NCBI GenBank assembly: GCA_964252035.1
Contig: OZ176216.1
Origin: Podarcis erhardii
Taxonomy: Eukaryota
Strand: one strand, 5' to 3'
Length of the DNA stretch: 64,000 nucleotides
Part shown: positions 12,528-25,387 of the stretch, piece by piece
Layout of the letters: the number at the start of each line of letters is the position of its first letter
Numbering within the stretch: position 1 is the first letter of the stretch
Made by a program: the position numbers and the translations under genes
The notes under the pieces: model-generated
Told to the model about the DNA's origin: nothing
Databases searched by the model: none
The model's input: the letters and a program-made list of their open reading frames with translations, nothing else

Positions 12528-12931
12528 TTGATGAAGGAGGATGTAAAGCTTTGTGCTGACTTTCTGATATTCTGTTTCTCTCAGTCTAACCGTGTCTCAT
12601 TACTAATGAAAGGGTTATGTTCCATCAGTGAAATGCTGGCTATTTGCCTACCATCACAAAATGGGATGCTGGAGTTAATGCAATATAATGGTGTTGCAGG
12701 GGGTCAGACTCTTTGTCCTAGTTTGACCATTTGTTGACTCTGCTTTTTGCAGCCTGTTCCTTGGGTATTGCATCATGTTCTTTTTCAGGAACATTAAATA
12801 TAAAATGTAACATTTTTATGTTTGCTGCCTTGAAAGGAAGAGTGGGATACAAATTAATAAATACCAAAATGTAAAAATGTGCTTAAAGTTTTCATGTTGG
12901 TTATAGTTGTCACGAAGTTTGCTTATTGCTA

Positions 12932-13182
12932 TACAGTCATACCTCGGGTTGAATGTGCTTCGGGATGAGTGCGTTCGAGTTGCGCTCCGCGGCAACCCGG
13001 AAGTAACAGAGCGTGTTACTTCCGGGTTTTGCTGCATGCACAGATGCTCAAAATGACGTCATGCGCAGAAGCGATGAAAACCAATGTGCGCATGCGCAGA
13101 CGTGCCATCACTGGTTACATTTGCTTCTAGATGCAAACGGGGCTCCGGAATGGATCCCGTTCGCATCTAGAGGTACCACTGT
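12932..13182. mobile_element. Tc1/mariner-type MITE (CpG-rich family)
   Basis: TACAGTCATACCTC...GAGGTACCACTGT termini, with an internal hairpin AACCCGGAAGTAAC...GTTACTTCCGGGTT. Confidence 0.7.
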
Positions 13183-14675
13183 CTTTTGTAATAATGTTTA
13201 TTTAATTACTTCAGAGCATTAATATCTTGCTTTTCAGGTGATTTCTGAGTTGCTAATGCAGCTGAAATACTAAAAAAGTAATAGATACAGAAAATGCATC
13301 CTATAACAGTAGCAGAACGATGATCAATAAGCCATATTTAAAAATTTCATAAAACCCAACATCTAAAAGGCCTGGGTGAATAAAAACTCTCCATCCAGCA
13401 CCAAAGGCATTGAGCTCTGTGACAGATGAGCCATCTCTTCTCACCTCTTGGGGACCTGAAGGAGGGCTTCTGGAGAGGATTCTGTGTGTATGATCCACCC
13501 ACTCCTAACATCCCAAATGAACTTTGGTAAAATTACTTGTTCGTGGAATTTTGCTTTTAGCTGAGTGTTTATCAATGCAACTGCACTGCATTGTAATGTA
13601 TTCTGCATAAAGCAAAAATAAAAATAAATGATTAGTTGTCGGAGCAAGGAAGTGTGTTACTCTGGAAGCCAGGCATATCAGGAAATGCTCAGCTACCCTG
13701 ATTGCAATATGTAGTTCTTTTCCTTCCCTTGTAGCAAAACCCATCACATTTCTAAAAAGTAATTTTAATATACACCAGAGATCACTTTAACATTTAGGAC
13801 CAGCACAGTGTGGTGTTAAAGTATTTCACATCTCAACCTGCAGAAAGTATCCTGGAAAGAGAACTCTTTGAATGCTGGAGGATGACTTTTAAGGGTGGAC
13901 AAACAGGCCAGGATGTTGAGTGTCGGCTGTAGATTGTGATAAAAAGTTCCCTCCTCTCTTCCTTTGTTCTACGAACAGGGCTGTCAGGGCGATAGCAGTA
14001 CAACTCCCCCTCTGCTGCTGCTCTGCCAAAACTGCTTTTGCAGAGGAAAACCAAGCTGTCAGCAGCTGTGGCTTCTCCTTTCTAAGCACAGCAGCTCCTT
14101 TCCCTCCTCCAACTTTTCTCTATTGTAGAGCAGTTTTGAAAATGGGGGAGGCATTATTTCTCTCTTTGACTCTTAAATGGTGCCAATTATGTATGCTAGG
14201 ATTCTCAGGGACATGGAATTGAATAACCCAGTTCCTTACATTCCATTCTTAAAGGTTTGCTCTTTACTAGGATTTAAATCAAGAATTGAAGCCATTTCCA
14301 AGACTATAAATGACAGTAAAACCAACAAAAGCATGAACTCCTGTGGCCTGATCTTCAAACCAGGGATCTGTCTTAAGAATCTTGAGCTGCTTCTTCCTTC
14401 CTTTTAGTATTTATGTCACCCTTACAACCAGGTTCCCAGAATGACTTTCATTTTAGTTGTAGATGTAATTTGCCATAGCTGTTGCTCTCTGTTTTGAGCA
14501 ATTTTCCCATTTTTAAAAAGTTGTGTGTGTGTGAGAGAGAGAGTGCATCTGTGTTTTTTCATTCTGTACTTTCCCTGATCCCAACTGTGCTGGATTTATA
14601 TTTTTGAATTTGTGTCATTAGTAAATGGAATACTGTATGTTAAATTGCAAGATGATGGAAGAGAAAGAATGTTCA

Positions 14676-14905
14676 TACTGTGGTACCTCAGGTTAAGTAC
14701 TTAATACGTTCCGGAGGTCCGTACTTAACCTGAAATTGTTCTTAACCTGAAGCACCACTTTAGCTAATGGGGCCTCCTGCTGCTGCCTCGCCGCCGGAGC
14801 ATGATTTCTGTTCTCATCCTGAAGCAAAGTTCTTAACCTGAAGCACTATTTCTGGGTTAGCGGAGTCTGTAACCTGAAGCATATGTAACCTGAGGTACCA
14901 CTGTA
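14676..14905. mobile_element. Tc1/mariner-type MITE, family A (orientation A)
   Basis: TA-flanked TIRs. Near-identical body to the 8468, 26865 and 48373 copies. Confidence 0.85.
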
Positions 14906-15762
14906 CTGTAGACCAGATTTCAAGAAAGTGAAGTCAAGTTTACTAAATTTGCCACTTTAAAAACTTATATCCCATTAGAAATGTTTTGTACTTAGCAAAA
15001 TAGCAAAGTAATTGTTTGTTTATTCAAACATATAAAACAGGCATTGCTGATCAAACATGAAGTTATAAGCTGTGTGCATAGTTGCATTTTGGGGTTCATT
15101 TTCTCAACTGTCATAATAAGTCTGAGTGCAAAACGTTTAGGACTTGGTATATTGTTGAATTCAGAACACCAGTTAGGAAGGAAGCATTGGGATGGTGGAT
15201 ATATTGTGTGTATTAAAAATGTTTTTTGTGGGGAGAGGAGGGAGAGCCATTATGCTTATTCTGTGCTGTATGTCCCATTGGCCTGGGATCAGCAATACAG
15301 TACTGTAAAAGCTTATTCTTGGTTCTGGAGTGTAGAGTGCTAATGCAAGCTGGTTGTTGATACGGAGGGCCAAATTTGCCAGCAAGTAGTTCAGCTGAAC
15401 AGTTTGTTCATAAAACCATCACAATGTGTGTCAAATTTAAAGGAGTGTTCTTCAAAATAACCTAGATTTCTTTTGCTATCTTCATCTGCATGCCGCCTGA
15501 GGAGGTCTTTAAACGTTTTCTGTACGTAGTCGTTCAAAAGATACCACCTTCCTAGCCTGGATTCTTACTAGGGAGAGAGCAAGACTGAGCCTCGGGCTTG
15601 TGCTCCCTATCGAGTGCGCCTGTTTTTCTCACTGCAGGAGACATGGCTGCCTGAACAAAAAGGTCCTGTGGTTATTGCAATGTAGAATCTTCCCTGATTC
15701 CAGGCAGATAAGCACTCTTTAACAGTGCTTGGTCTCCCAGAATAAGGAAGATGTAAAAAGGT

Positions 15763-15982
15763 AAAGGGTAAAGAGACCCCTGACCTTTAGGTCCAGTCGT
15801 GGCCGACTCTGGGGTTGTGGCGCTCATCTCGCTTTATTGGCTGAGGGAGCCGGCGTACAGCTTCCGGGCCATGTGGCCAGCATGACTAAGCTGCTTCTGG
15901 CGAACCAGAGCAGTGCACGGAAACGCCGTTTACCTTCCCGCCGGAGCAGTACCTATTTATCTACTTGCACTTTGACGTACAT
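15763..15982 (-). mobile_element. Sauria SINE, 5'-truncated
   Basis: Starts with the reverse-complement tail GGTAAAGGGTAAAGAGACCCCTGACC and continues with the typical Sauria SINE body. Confidence 0.8.
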
Positions 15983-16126
15983 TCAGATAATTAAGACCTC
16001 CTAAGTTAGATGTTCTGCTCTCTCCCCATTGAGAATAGAAAGGGAGGGAGTGCATGAGCTGTCAGCATGCTTCTGTTCTCTCCCTTGTGTACAGTCCAAA
16101 ATGGGATATAAGTAACGTTTGAATAA

Positions 16127-16485
16127 GGGACGCGGGTGGCGCTGTGGTCTAAACCACTGAGCCTAGGGCTTGCCGATCGGAAGGTCAGCGGTTCGAATTT
16201 CCATGACGGGGTGAGCTCCTGTTCTCAGTCCCAGCTCCTGTCCTCCTAGCAGTTTGAAAGCATCTCAAAGTCAAGTAGATAAATAGGTACCGCTCCGGCG
16301 GGAAAGTAAACGGCATTTCCGTGCGCTTCTGTGGTTCGCCAGAAGTGGCTTAGTTATACTGGACACATGACCCGGAAAAACTCTGCGGACAAACTCCCTC
16401 GTCGGCTCCCTCGGCCAGAGCACTGCAACCCCAGAGTTGTTTGCAACTGGACTTAACTGTCAGGGGTCCTTTACCGTTTTAACTT
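16127..16485 (+). mobile_element. Sauria SINE, near full length
   Basis: tRNA-related head GGGACGCGGGTGGCGCTGTGGTCTAAACC with a B-box-like GGTTCGAATT, a typical body and a ...GGGGTCCTTTACC tail. Confidence 0.85.
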
Positions 16486-16845
16486 TTGAATAGGCCCTAG
16501 GATGTTTTTGCTGTGAGATGCCTCCACTTAATTTACCTTTATTATATATGCATGAATAGCAAGATTATGTTTTTACTTCCATATCAGTGATATTGTAAAA
16601 TAATTTGCTGCTTCCTTGTCATGGCCACCACACAAATGGAGTTGCTCACATCAGTATGTAAGAAAACTCAGTTTTTGGAAGAACATGTAGCATGTATATA
16701 CTAATGTAGTCGTTCTTGTCTAATAGATACATTTTTTATGCAAGATAATCCCAAAAGATAAAAACTGGGGTATACAGGACAATGTATAGGTAGATAACTT
16801 TTGACTAAAAAATTAGTTCAGCCAGTGCCCTTAGCTCCACAGAGT

Positions 16846-17063
16846 TACAGTGGTACCTCAGGTAACAAACACTTTGGGTTACAAATGCTTCAGGTTACAG
16901 ACTCCGCTAACCCAGAAATAGTACCTCGGGTTAAGAACTTTACTTCAGGATGAGAACAGAAATCATGCGGCGTCAGCCGCAGACCCCATTAGCTAAAGTG
17001 GTACCTTAGGTTAAGAGTGGACCTCTGGAACGAATTAAGTTCTTAACCAGAGGGTCCACTGTA
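16846..17063. mobile_element. Tc1/mariner-type MITE, family A (orientation B)
   Basis: TA-flanked TIRs. Reverse orientation relative to the 14676 and 26865 copies. Confidence 0.85.
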
Positions 17064-17944
17064 GTCATATTGTTCATGGTGCTTTTGGCACCTTTAATGG
17101 CTTAGAGATTTTTAATATATTTTACACAAATAGGGCTGGGTGAGATCTGGTTTTCAACATCTTGATATATTACCAGCTAACCATCACAATATACCAATAT
17201 ATCATGATGTCTGGAATAAGGAGGAAGGAGGAAATAAGGTGGGGAAGAAGAAGCAACCAAGAGTTGATTCCTGGATATGGACTTCAAACTGGTTTTGGAC
17301 GATACATCACCCAGTCCTTGTGTTGTAATCTGGTCTCTGCATATCGGCCATGCAAGAGTCAGGCAGCTACATGGCACGATTCTCCACTTCCGTTGCACAT
17401 AAGGAGGGAGTGGGCAGGAGGAGTGACCAGGAGGAAGGAGGCAGCCCACTTGCTAGGATACAAGCAGGCGGGCGCCGGGCGGGAAATTTCTCGAGCTCCC
17501 TCTGCCAGGAAGTGAGTGGGAATTCATGATATATTTCCAGGTCAAAAATTCTGAAACCATTATTGTGATCTGGACTTCTAATCGGTTTTGGATGATGTTT
17601 CAACATGTCTCCCAGGCCTCCACACATGGGTACAGACGAGGGAAAATAAGCAGTGAGGGGAAAGGCTGTGAAATGCAAGAGATTCTAGACATGCATTTTC
17701 CCCCCTTCTGTGTGTGGTGTGTGTAGAACGCAACCATCATGGCTATGTATTACCTCTGTTATTGGAGGCAGTATGTCTCTGAATGCCAGTGGCTGGGAAT
17801 CACAAGTGGAGAAAGTGCTGTTTGCTTGCAGGCTTCTCACAGGCATCTGACCTGCCACTGTGAGAACATGATGTTGGACTAGAGGAGTCCAGAAGCACTC
17901 TTCTTAGGATCTTATATATACTTTTCTAACTGAAGGTAGCACTT

Positions 17945-18008
17945 CATGCATCAGATGAAGTGCACACTAAAGCTTATGCCATAAAACATCTGTTAGCCTT
18001 TGAAGTGC
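17945..18008 (+). mobile_element. Decayed Penelope-type pLTR fragment
   Basis: CATCAGATGAAGTGCACACTAAAGCTTATGCC...TGTTAGCCTTTGAAGTGCC resembles the pLTR/hammerhead segment of the two younger copies, but the core is mutated. Confidence 0.45.
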
Positions 18009-18187
18009 CCTAAGACTCATTGTGTTAGCATGGAGGGAAATTCTCACCCAGCCCACTTCCAAGCATTTGTCTTGGCTTCTTAAACTTTACTAAAGAACTT
18101 GCACCACCAACTGCTTTATCTTTTCACTTGTTTCTTTTTTTAGGCCCTATGAGAAAAAGGGAAAGCTAAGGATGCTGGAGCAGAACA

Positions 18188-18865
18188 ATGGATTTCTCCT
18201 TCTCTTTCATGCAAGGGATCATGGGAAACACAATTCAGCAACCACCTCAACTCATTGACTCGGCTAACAACCGCCAAGAGGATGCTTTTGATGCCAGCAG
18301 TGACATCACTGAAGATGGTAGTCAGACGCCATATGAAGCTGCTCTTGCCTTGCAGCAAGGTTTTCAGTACCCTACGCCAACAACGGAGGATCTTCCACCC
18401 CTCATTAATGGATTTCCACCAATTGGCATGTATGAACCCCAAGCCAAATATCAGCCATATAGTCAGTATCCTAATGGTTCAGCCAATGGCTTTGGCACTG
18501 TTAGAAACTTTAGTCCACCAGAGTATTACCACATGGAGAACTCTAGCATAAGGCCACATGAAAATCTGGAAAAACCATCTCCTCCACAGCAGCCACCTCC
18601 TTCAGTATCCCAAACGGTGATTCCAAAGAAGACTGGTTCACCAGAAATCAAATTAAAAATAACCAAAACTATCCAGAACGGCAGGGAATTGTTTGAGTCC
18701 TCTCTGTGTGGGGATCTTTTAAATGAAGTACAAGGAAGTGAGTATGCGAAGTCAAAACATGAAGGGAGAAAAGAGAAAAGGAAAAAAAGTAGCAAGCATG
18801 ACTCTTCCCACTCAGAAGAGCGCAAATCACATAAAATTCCAAAACTGGAGCCAGAGGAACAAAAT
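18188..18865 (+). CDS. NSD3: NSD3 exon 2 (first coding exon; exon starts at 18144), 226 codons
   Basis: [27 protein letters not shown]...[31 protein letters not shown]...[11 protein letters not shown] matches the vertebrate NSD3 N-terminus. Acceptor TTTTTTAG (18143), donor GTAAGT (18866), phase 0. Confidence 0.97.
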
Positions 18866-19949
18866 GTAAGTGAAAACTGAATTTTAGCCTTTTCCTCCAA
18901 CACTGCTTTTATTTTCTTTCTTTTTGTTTACATGTTGAAAGATTATCAAAGCATCTACAGTTAGGCAGCACAGTTAAGATTGATTAGTGGTTTTCTTTCC
19001 TGAACAGTTCACCATTATGGATCTCTCATTTTTAAATTATTTTTTATCTTGGTGGATTGCTCTTTATTGCAAAAACAGAATTTGGATTTTCTTTGCGTAA
19101 AGTATGCAAATTCCCATAATGTTCTGTCAGAAGCTTGACATCCTGACAGAGTAAAATTATCCTGATCAATGACATAATTTTTCTTTCAGTGATTTTATTG
19201 TTACTGAGGGAATGACTCTCCTAAAGCTGCATCAAACTTTTTCTTTAAGAAAAGTTTGGTATTTTTAGATTCAGTATAAATCACTTCAAGCTTTCTGTCT
19301 CTTAACAACCATTCCTTGCCTTCTCTTTCTTCTTGTGTTAATTAATTTCTTAACTGTACATACATGGGGTAGCTCTGTATAAAGGAAGCCTCTTTTAATA
19401 TTGTAAATTTATTTCCTTCTGTATAATTAACAAAAGATAACACAGTTAATTTATACTTGTTGCATGTGATAGGAATTGCTGGAAGTAGTAAATATAATCT
19501 TCTGTGCCAAGGGCTTTAGAATAATATTCTGTAAGATTCAGTGGAGCAAAGGAGAAGGCAAGGGGGATTTGGGAGCAATTCAAAGCTTTTTTTTCTATTC
19601 TGTAGTGTGATGCCATGCATGTTTACTCACAACTCCTATTGTATTTATTGTGACATGTTCTCAGGTGAGTATGTATAGAGTTTTGCAGCTAAGCTACTTG
19701 TTTGGTGGGCTTGACTTCAGGGCTCCAGCTTTTCATTTTGATGCACAAATCCATGAATGGCCAACCTGAAGCACCAAAGCCATAAGTCTGGCACCTTTAG
19801 ACTGAAGCAGCTGCACTTCTGGCTTTCCCATAGTCAGGCAGATGCCTGCTCCTTAGCTCAGAAGATGAAAGGAAAAACCGGCCCAAGGCATGGGTGGGGA
19901 GGGGCTGAGCTGTATAGGAGCTGTAGTTTGGACTGGAAAGGCATTCTTA

Positions 19950-20180
19950 TACAGTGGTACCTCGGTTTAAGAACAGTCCGGTTTAAGAACAATTCGGTTT
20001 ACAAATTCCGCTAGGCCGGAAATAGTCTCCTGGTTTGAGAACTTTACCTTGGTCTAAGAACAGAATCTGAATGGTGGGTGGGTGGCATGCCTCATTAGGG
20101 AAAGCACGCTTTGGTTTAAGAATGGTTTTGGTTTAAAAATAGACTTTCGGAATGGTTTAAGTTTGTAAACCAAGTGTGCC
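19950..20180. mobile_element. Tc1/mariner-type MITE (same family as 7976, opposite orientation, right end damaged)
   Basis: Left TIR TACAGTGGTACCTCGGTTTAAG. The body is approximately the reverse complement of 7976-8187. Confidence 0.7.
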
Positions 20181-20471
20181 CCCCCAGGTACTATCCCTTC
20201 CCTAACCCCACCATAAACTCCTTATCAGGGGTTGGCAACTTTTACATTTACTGTAGACAAGTTGGTCCCAGTTATACTGCTCTGCTTCCTTTGGACCACA
20301 TCGGCGAGGCTGAGAGGGGGGTATTGACGTCTGGGAAGCCCAGGACCCCCATACACACAGCCAAGGCCATACACACTGCACCACAGAAGGTCATTTCAGT
20401 GCTGCCAATACAGCAGGTTGACTCCCCCCTCCAAAGGCGCATTCCATTGTCTCTTGAGACAGACAGATGCC

Positions 20472-21270
20472 AATAATAATAATAAATTTTTATTTATATC
20501 CCGCCCTCCCCAGCCAAGGCCGGGCTCAGTGCGGCTAACAACAGTAAAATGATAAAACATTTCATTATAAAATTAATTCATGTTCAAATATATAAAAGGA
20601 TGTCACATAGAGGAGGGAGAAAGGTTGTTTTCTGCTGCTCCAGAGAAGTGGACACGGAGCAATGGATCCAAACTACAAGAAAGAAGATTCCACCTAAACA
20701 TTAGGAAGAACTTCCTGACAGTAAGAGCTGTTCGACAGTGGAATTTGCTGCCAAGGAGTATGGTGGAGTCTCCTTCTTTGGATGTCTTTAAGCAGAGGCT
20801 TGACAACCATATGTCAGGAGTGCTCTGATGGTGTTTCCTGCTTGGCAGGGGGTCGGACTCGATGGCCCTTGTGGTCTCTTCCAACTCTATGATTCTATGA
20901 TTCTAATTCAAATCAAATTGATGGCAACCATTGGACTAGAGTTCTGTGAAGATTTCCAAAGGAGGAAGTCAGGCTGTGCTTTGGTCAAAGGCCTGGTGGA
21001 ACAACTCTGTCTTGCAGGCCCTGCGGAAAGATGTCAAGTCCTGCAGGGCCCTAGTTTCTTGTGACAGAGCATTCCACCAGATTGGGGCCATGGCCAAAAA
21101 AGCCCTGGCTCTGGTCAAGGCCAGCCTAACCTCCCTGTGGCCTGGGACCTCCAAGATGCTTTTGTTTGAAGACCGTAAGGTCCTCCGTGGGACATACCAG
21201 GAGAGGCGGTCCCTTAGGTACAAGGGTCCTAGGCCATATAGGGCTTTAAAGGTTAAAACCAGCACGTTAA
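20472..21270 (-). mobile_element. L2 LINE 3' fragment, interrupted by a CR1
   Basis: Minus-strand FKVLVLTFKALYGLGPLYLRDRLS...ELFHQAF (L2 ORF2 C-terminus), a 3'UTR shared with the 46.6-kb copy, and an (AAT)n tail at about 20472-20485. Confidence 0.85.
20581..20905 (+). mobile_element. CR1 LINE 3' fragment nested in L2
   Basis: [18 protein letters not shown]...[19 protein letters not shown]. Ends in (CTATGATT)n. TAATTCA is repeated at 20574-20580 and 20904-20910. Confidence 0.9.
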
Positions 21271-24200
21271 ACCTGACCTTAAACAACACCTTAAACAACA
21301 GTTACACATATGCATGCTTTCTGCGAGCTTTTCGCATTGAGCACAGCATGATTGTTCCATGTGGCATTGCTAAAGCTCCAGCTGAGGTTGTTTTGATTGT
21401 GGGTGTTGAAAGGGCAACTTGGAAAGTTGATCCAGTGGAACTTGCTTTGAGAGGTACTCCAGGCTCCATTTTGCATTCTTACACACGACTGTTCTTTGCC
21501 ACATTTAGGAGAACACACAACAAACATTTTGTATGGTAACTCATGCTTATAGGAAAACAGCCAGTTCAGCATAGCTTCACAAACAGGTAGCAAAATCTGT
21601 TCTTCGTTACTCTTTAAATAACCCTTTAAATTTTGGAATCACCACAGCTTCATACTTGTATACATTAACTGCCTCAAAGTTTAGGGGAACATTTATCCTG
21701 ACTTGTTTTAATGTGCTGCCTTTTGCACTGTTAAGTGGACAATTGACGGTTAATGAACCATCCTCTTTGTGTGGAGCTGGAGTGATAGAATCTGTTGATC
21801 CTGTTCTTTTGCATTGTAATGTGTTTAGTGAGTATAGAGAGAAGTTGATTCTTTCTCTACTAAGAATTCTTCTGGGAATACCTCATGATTTGGTGTTGTT
21901 CTGCTTAAGGGAAGTTTCTTCCCATATTACTGAGCAGGTTGCCTGATTTTTTCTGACTTCAGTGCAGATAAGGATAAATTTTCTCCTAGCTTCTTGAGAG
22001 GAAAATGTATACTGGTATATAGTACAATTGCATCATGTGTGAGCGGTATGGTCCAGCTGTGTTCCTTTGACTGGACTTAACTGTCCAAGGGACCTTTACC
22101 TGCACCTTTTACCTTATATGCAAAAGCATGTGTACTCGGACCACCCACTTAGAACTCCCCCCCCCCCCGCGTGATCATCAGTACTTTTCCAGAGCTGTCC
22201 GCTAAGTGGGCCTAGTCCCCTCCCTCGCCCCCAAGCAAGGCAGAGCACGTTTAAGCTCTCCACCTTGCTTATCTGGTACACGGGTGCTTTCATGGGGCTG
22301 TTCCTACGAGAACATCCCACAGCCCAGTAAGCAAGCTGGAGAGCTTAAAGTCTTTCTGCACCAGGAAAACTGTGCACAAAAAGCACTTTTAAGCTCTCCT
22401 CCTTCCATTTGGGAAAGCCGTGTTAAGAGTTCTGCCTGTGCCATGATCTTGTTTTGTGACCTTCATCAGTTTGCTCTCAGCCTTGGTTCTCTGTCAATTA
22501 AAGAAAACCGCAGTAGGCTCCAAAGAGCTGCCTATACTGGCCCAGTGTGATCCTTGCTTTTTCCTTTTCAAACCATTGACAAACACAGACACCCCAACAG
22601 TGCCGTGGTACAAAGCAAAACTTGAAATCCCCTGCGTTTTAGAAGTAATTTGACTTGGGTGGTTGCTGTTTGGAGAAAACCACATCTAAAGTCTCCTCAG
22701 CATCACACTTCTTTGGAGCACATTTCTTTGGAGCCCATAGTAGAACAAAATGATAATTAAATTACAGAGGTTTTTTTGCAAATTCAAAGTATACAGAATT
22801 TATAGTATCCCCCCCCCATGGGCTGTGGCAGTCAAGCCAGTTTCAGGACAGTTGAATTAACAGCTTAGTTAGCCCTGCAGTCTGTAGAGAGAAGACATTC
22901 TCATAGCTCCTTTATAAGGTTCACTTCTTCTCCAGCAGGATATCTGAGTCACTTAGTTCCTTCCCTTCAGTCTTAATATGTTCACTGCTAAAGTGTTGCT
23001 TCTTCAGGGAAAGCTGGAAAGTTTTTTGTTTTTAAAGAGGATCAAGACTAAGGCAACTCATGGGGAAGAGAAGCTGGGTTCATGAGTGGGGAACCTTTTT
23101 CAACTCAAAGGCTACTTTTTCTGGGGCCATTTTTCAGTGCTGGGTGGGGCCAAAATTGGTGGAGCAGTGAATGTAAATTTTACCTTTCTACAGCAGACTA
23201 GTTTCTGCTCACACTCTCACATACCCCTCTATCCTCCATCCAGGTAGCCTAGAGACATTATCGGAGCACAAGGACACATTCCAGCCAATCCAAGGCATTC
23301 ATGAAGGGTGCAGAACCAAGCGGGTGAGAGGCATGGCCAGTGAGAGGGGCTATTCCTAGGATGGAAGTGTGGCGGGATAGACTCTGAAAGGCCAGAAAGA
23401 GAAGCTGCCAAGCTTAAGGGTTCCCATTCCTGTTTGAGTTAGAGAAACATCAAGCTTTATTTTTGTTAAGGTGCTCTAAAAATTGTTTACTATGAAATAA
23501 AAGTGAGTATTGGTATAAACTGGGAATTATATGTTCATATCTTAGCTCAGCTTGGCATATAGCTCTTGCCAAGCTACAGTAGAATTCTAAGACGTTGTCA
23601 AGGTAGATCGTAGATTTTAAGCAATTTGTTCCGTGTAAATACAGAACAGTATTATTACTGATGGTGAATAATCTCTTCTGCTGACTTTATTATTATCATT
23701 TGCATGAACCCAAGCTAGTGGTAACTAAGCCTCACCAAGTTTTCTTAATTTAGTAACAAGAACAAAGGTTTATACAGGCACTGTGATTCTTGGGCAAGCA
23801 ATTTGGCCTGCCTGAGATTACACAACCCCATGGAAACAAGGTGACAATACATTTCAACACAGTGTAGAGAGAGAAATTTAGCCAGAAAAATAAATTTTCA
23901 AAAGCTTGCAATTTACCTTTCCATCTCCAGTAACATTAGACTGAGTTGGCCTCAATTGCCTCTTTCCCTATTCATGTTTCTAAATTTATGTCCTGCTCTG
24001 CTGCTACAACTAATCCATGTTTATTGATACTCCATTGTACTCTACAAATACCTTTAAAGGGGTTCTGTGGGGTTTCATAGGACCTCTTCATATCTAATCA
24101 CAATGGCCTTTCAGCCTGGAAACAGGCTATGAGTTTAGATGAAGCTGATATTGCAGTTAGTTGTATGTTGTGTTTTTATTGGGAAGAGAAAGGTAAAGGG

Positions 24201-25113
24201 GGCCTGTTCCTCTGTGGGCCTATTCCTCTGTAGCATCAGGAAGAAAATTGATTGTACATAGAGTGCTTCAAAATACACTTGGGTTGAATGCTGTAATTGT
24301 GTGTGCAATTTGTACAGTGCTGCCAAACGTAGCTGAAAACATAAACGAGAAGCTGTATCACAATCATAGTAAACTTCCCATTGGCAAAATAGTTCTTAAA
24401 ATTTTAGCTGAACTGCCTGTCTGCCAACAAGTTTTTCATTTGCAACAGAAAATGAAATATGGATATGTTGAATTGTAAGGATGCTTTCCTATCTCTTAAG
24501 TTCAAGTAATTGTTTGTTGAACTTGTAAGAAGGTTGTCAAGTCTGCCCACATTAAATTGGATTTTTGGTTCAAGATGTGATAGTTCTAAAGACTGAACGT
24601 ACTTAATTTAAATCCAAATACAGTTAGCAACCTTGTTTAGAAGATAACTGCCTTAGGAAATTTTGAATTTACCTCAGTCCCCCTCCCCTCGTGGTTGGCT
24701 TACATCATGCATGCCGTTCACTTCTCTGTGTGCTTCAATGGACTTCATTGCCACTGACAGTGAAATAACCTCTCTTTGAGGTTAGTATGTATAAAAGTGT
24801 GTTGTCTAAAAGAGAACCTTTTTTGTTTTAATTGTCAACAAACTTGCATATAACAGTTCAAAAATATAAATGGCATATCAGTTGTCCTGCCTCTCTTTTC
24901 CTGTACTTCTCTGACCTGTGTCTTATTAATGTAGATCTCCAGAGCAGTTAGGAGTCTGTGGCTCGAACTGAATTCTAAAATAAACTGGGACATCACTACT
25001 GAGGATGTGACCCAGACTCTTCTGATTTTGTTATCCTGTATTTTTCCCCCTTTCCATCTTCTTCATTGTTGTTCCATTTTGACGCTTATCTTTTTGTTTG
25101 CCTTTGTTCACAG

Positions 25114-25185
25114 AGACCAAATGAAAGGCTGAGCACACTGTCTGAAAGACCAAGGGAAGAAACTAAGCTGACGGATGAAACCCTG
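25114..25185 (+). CDS. NSD3: NSD3 exon 3 (72 nt, RPNERLSTLSERPREETKLTDETL)
   Basis: CAG acceptor after a pyrimidine tract, GTGAGT donor, phase 0/0. Resembles human RPNERVDTVSEKPREE. Confidence 0.92.
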
Positions 25186-25387
25186 GTGAGTAGAGTCAAA
25201 TCCTCTGGAGTTCTGACTGCAGAATTTTCAAGCTGATCCAGTATGATGTAGGGGTTGGAGTAGCCTTTCTCAACCTTAGGTTCCCAGGTGTTGTTGGATT
25301 GCTACTCCCATCACCCCTGACTGCTGCCCCTGCTGGCTGTGGATTATGGGAGTTGTAGTCCAACAATATCTGGAGATTGTGGAAGCC

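Noticed and set aside
17945-18008. Additional hammerhead just upstream of exon 2
   Set aside because: Core is mutated (CAGAUGA and UAAA instead of CUGANGA and GAAA), so predicted inactive.
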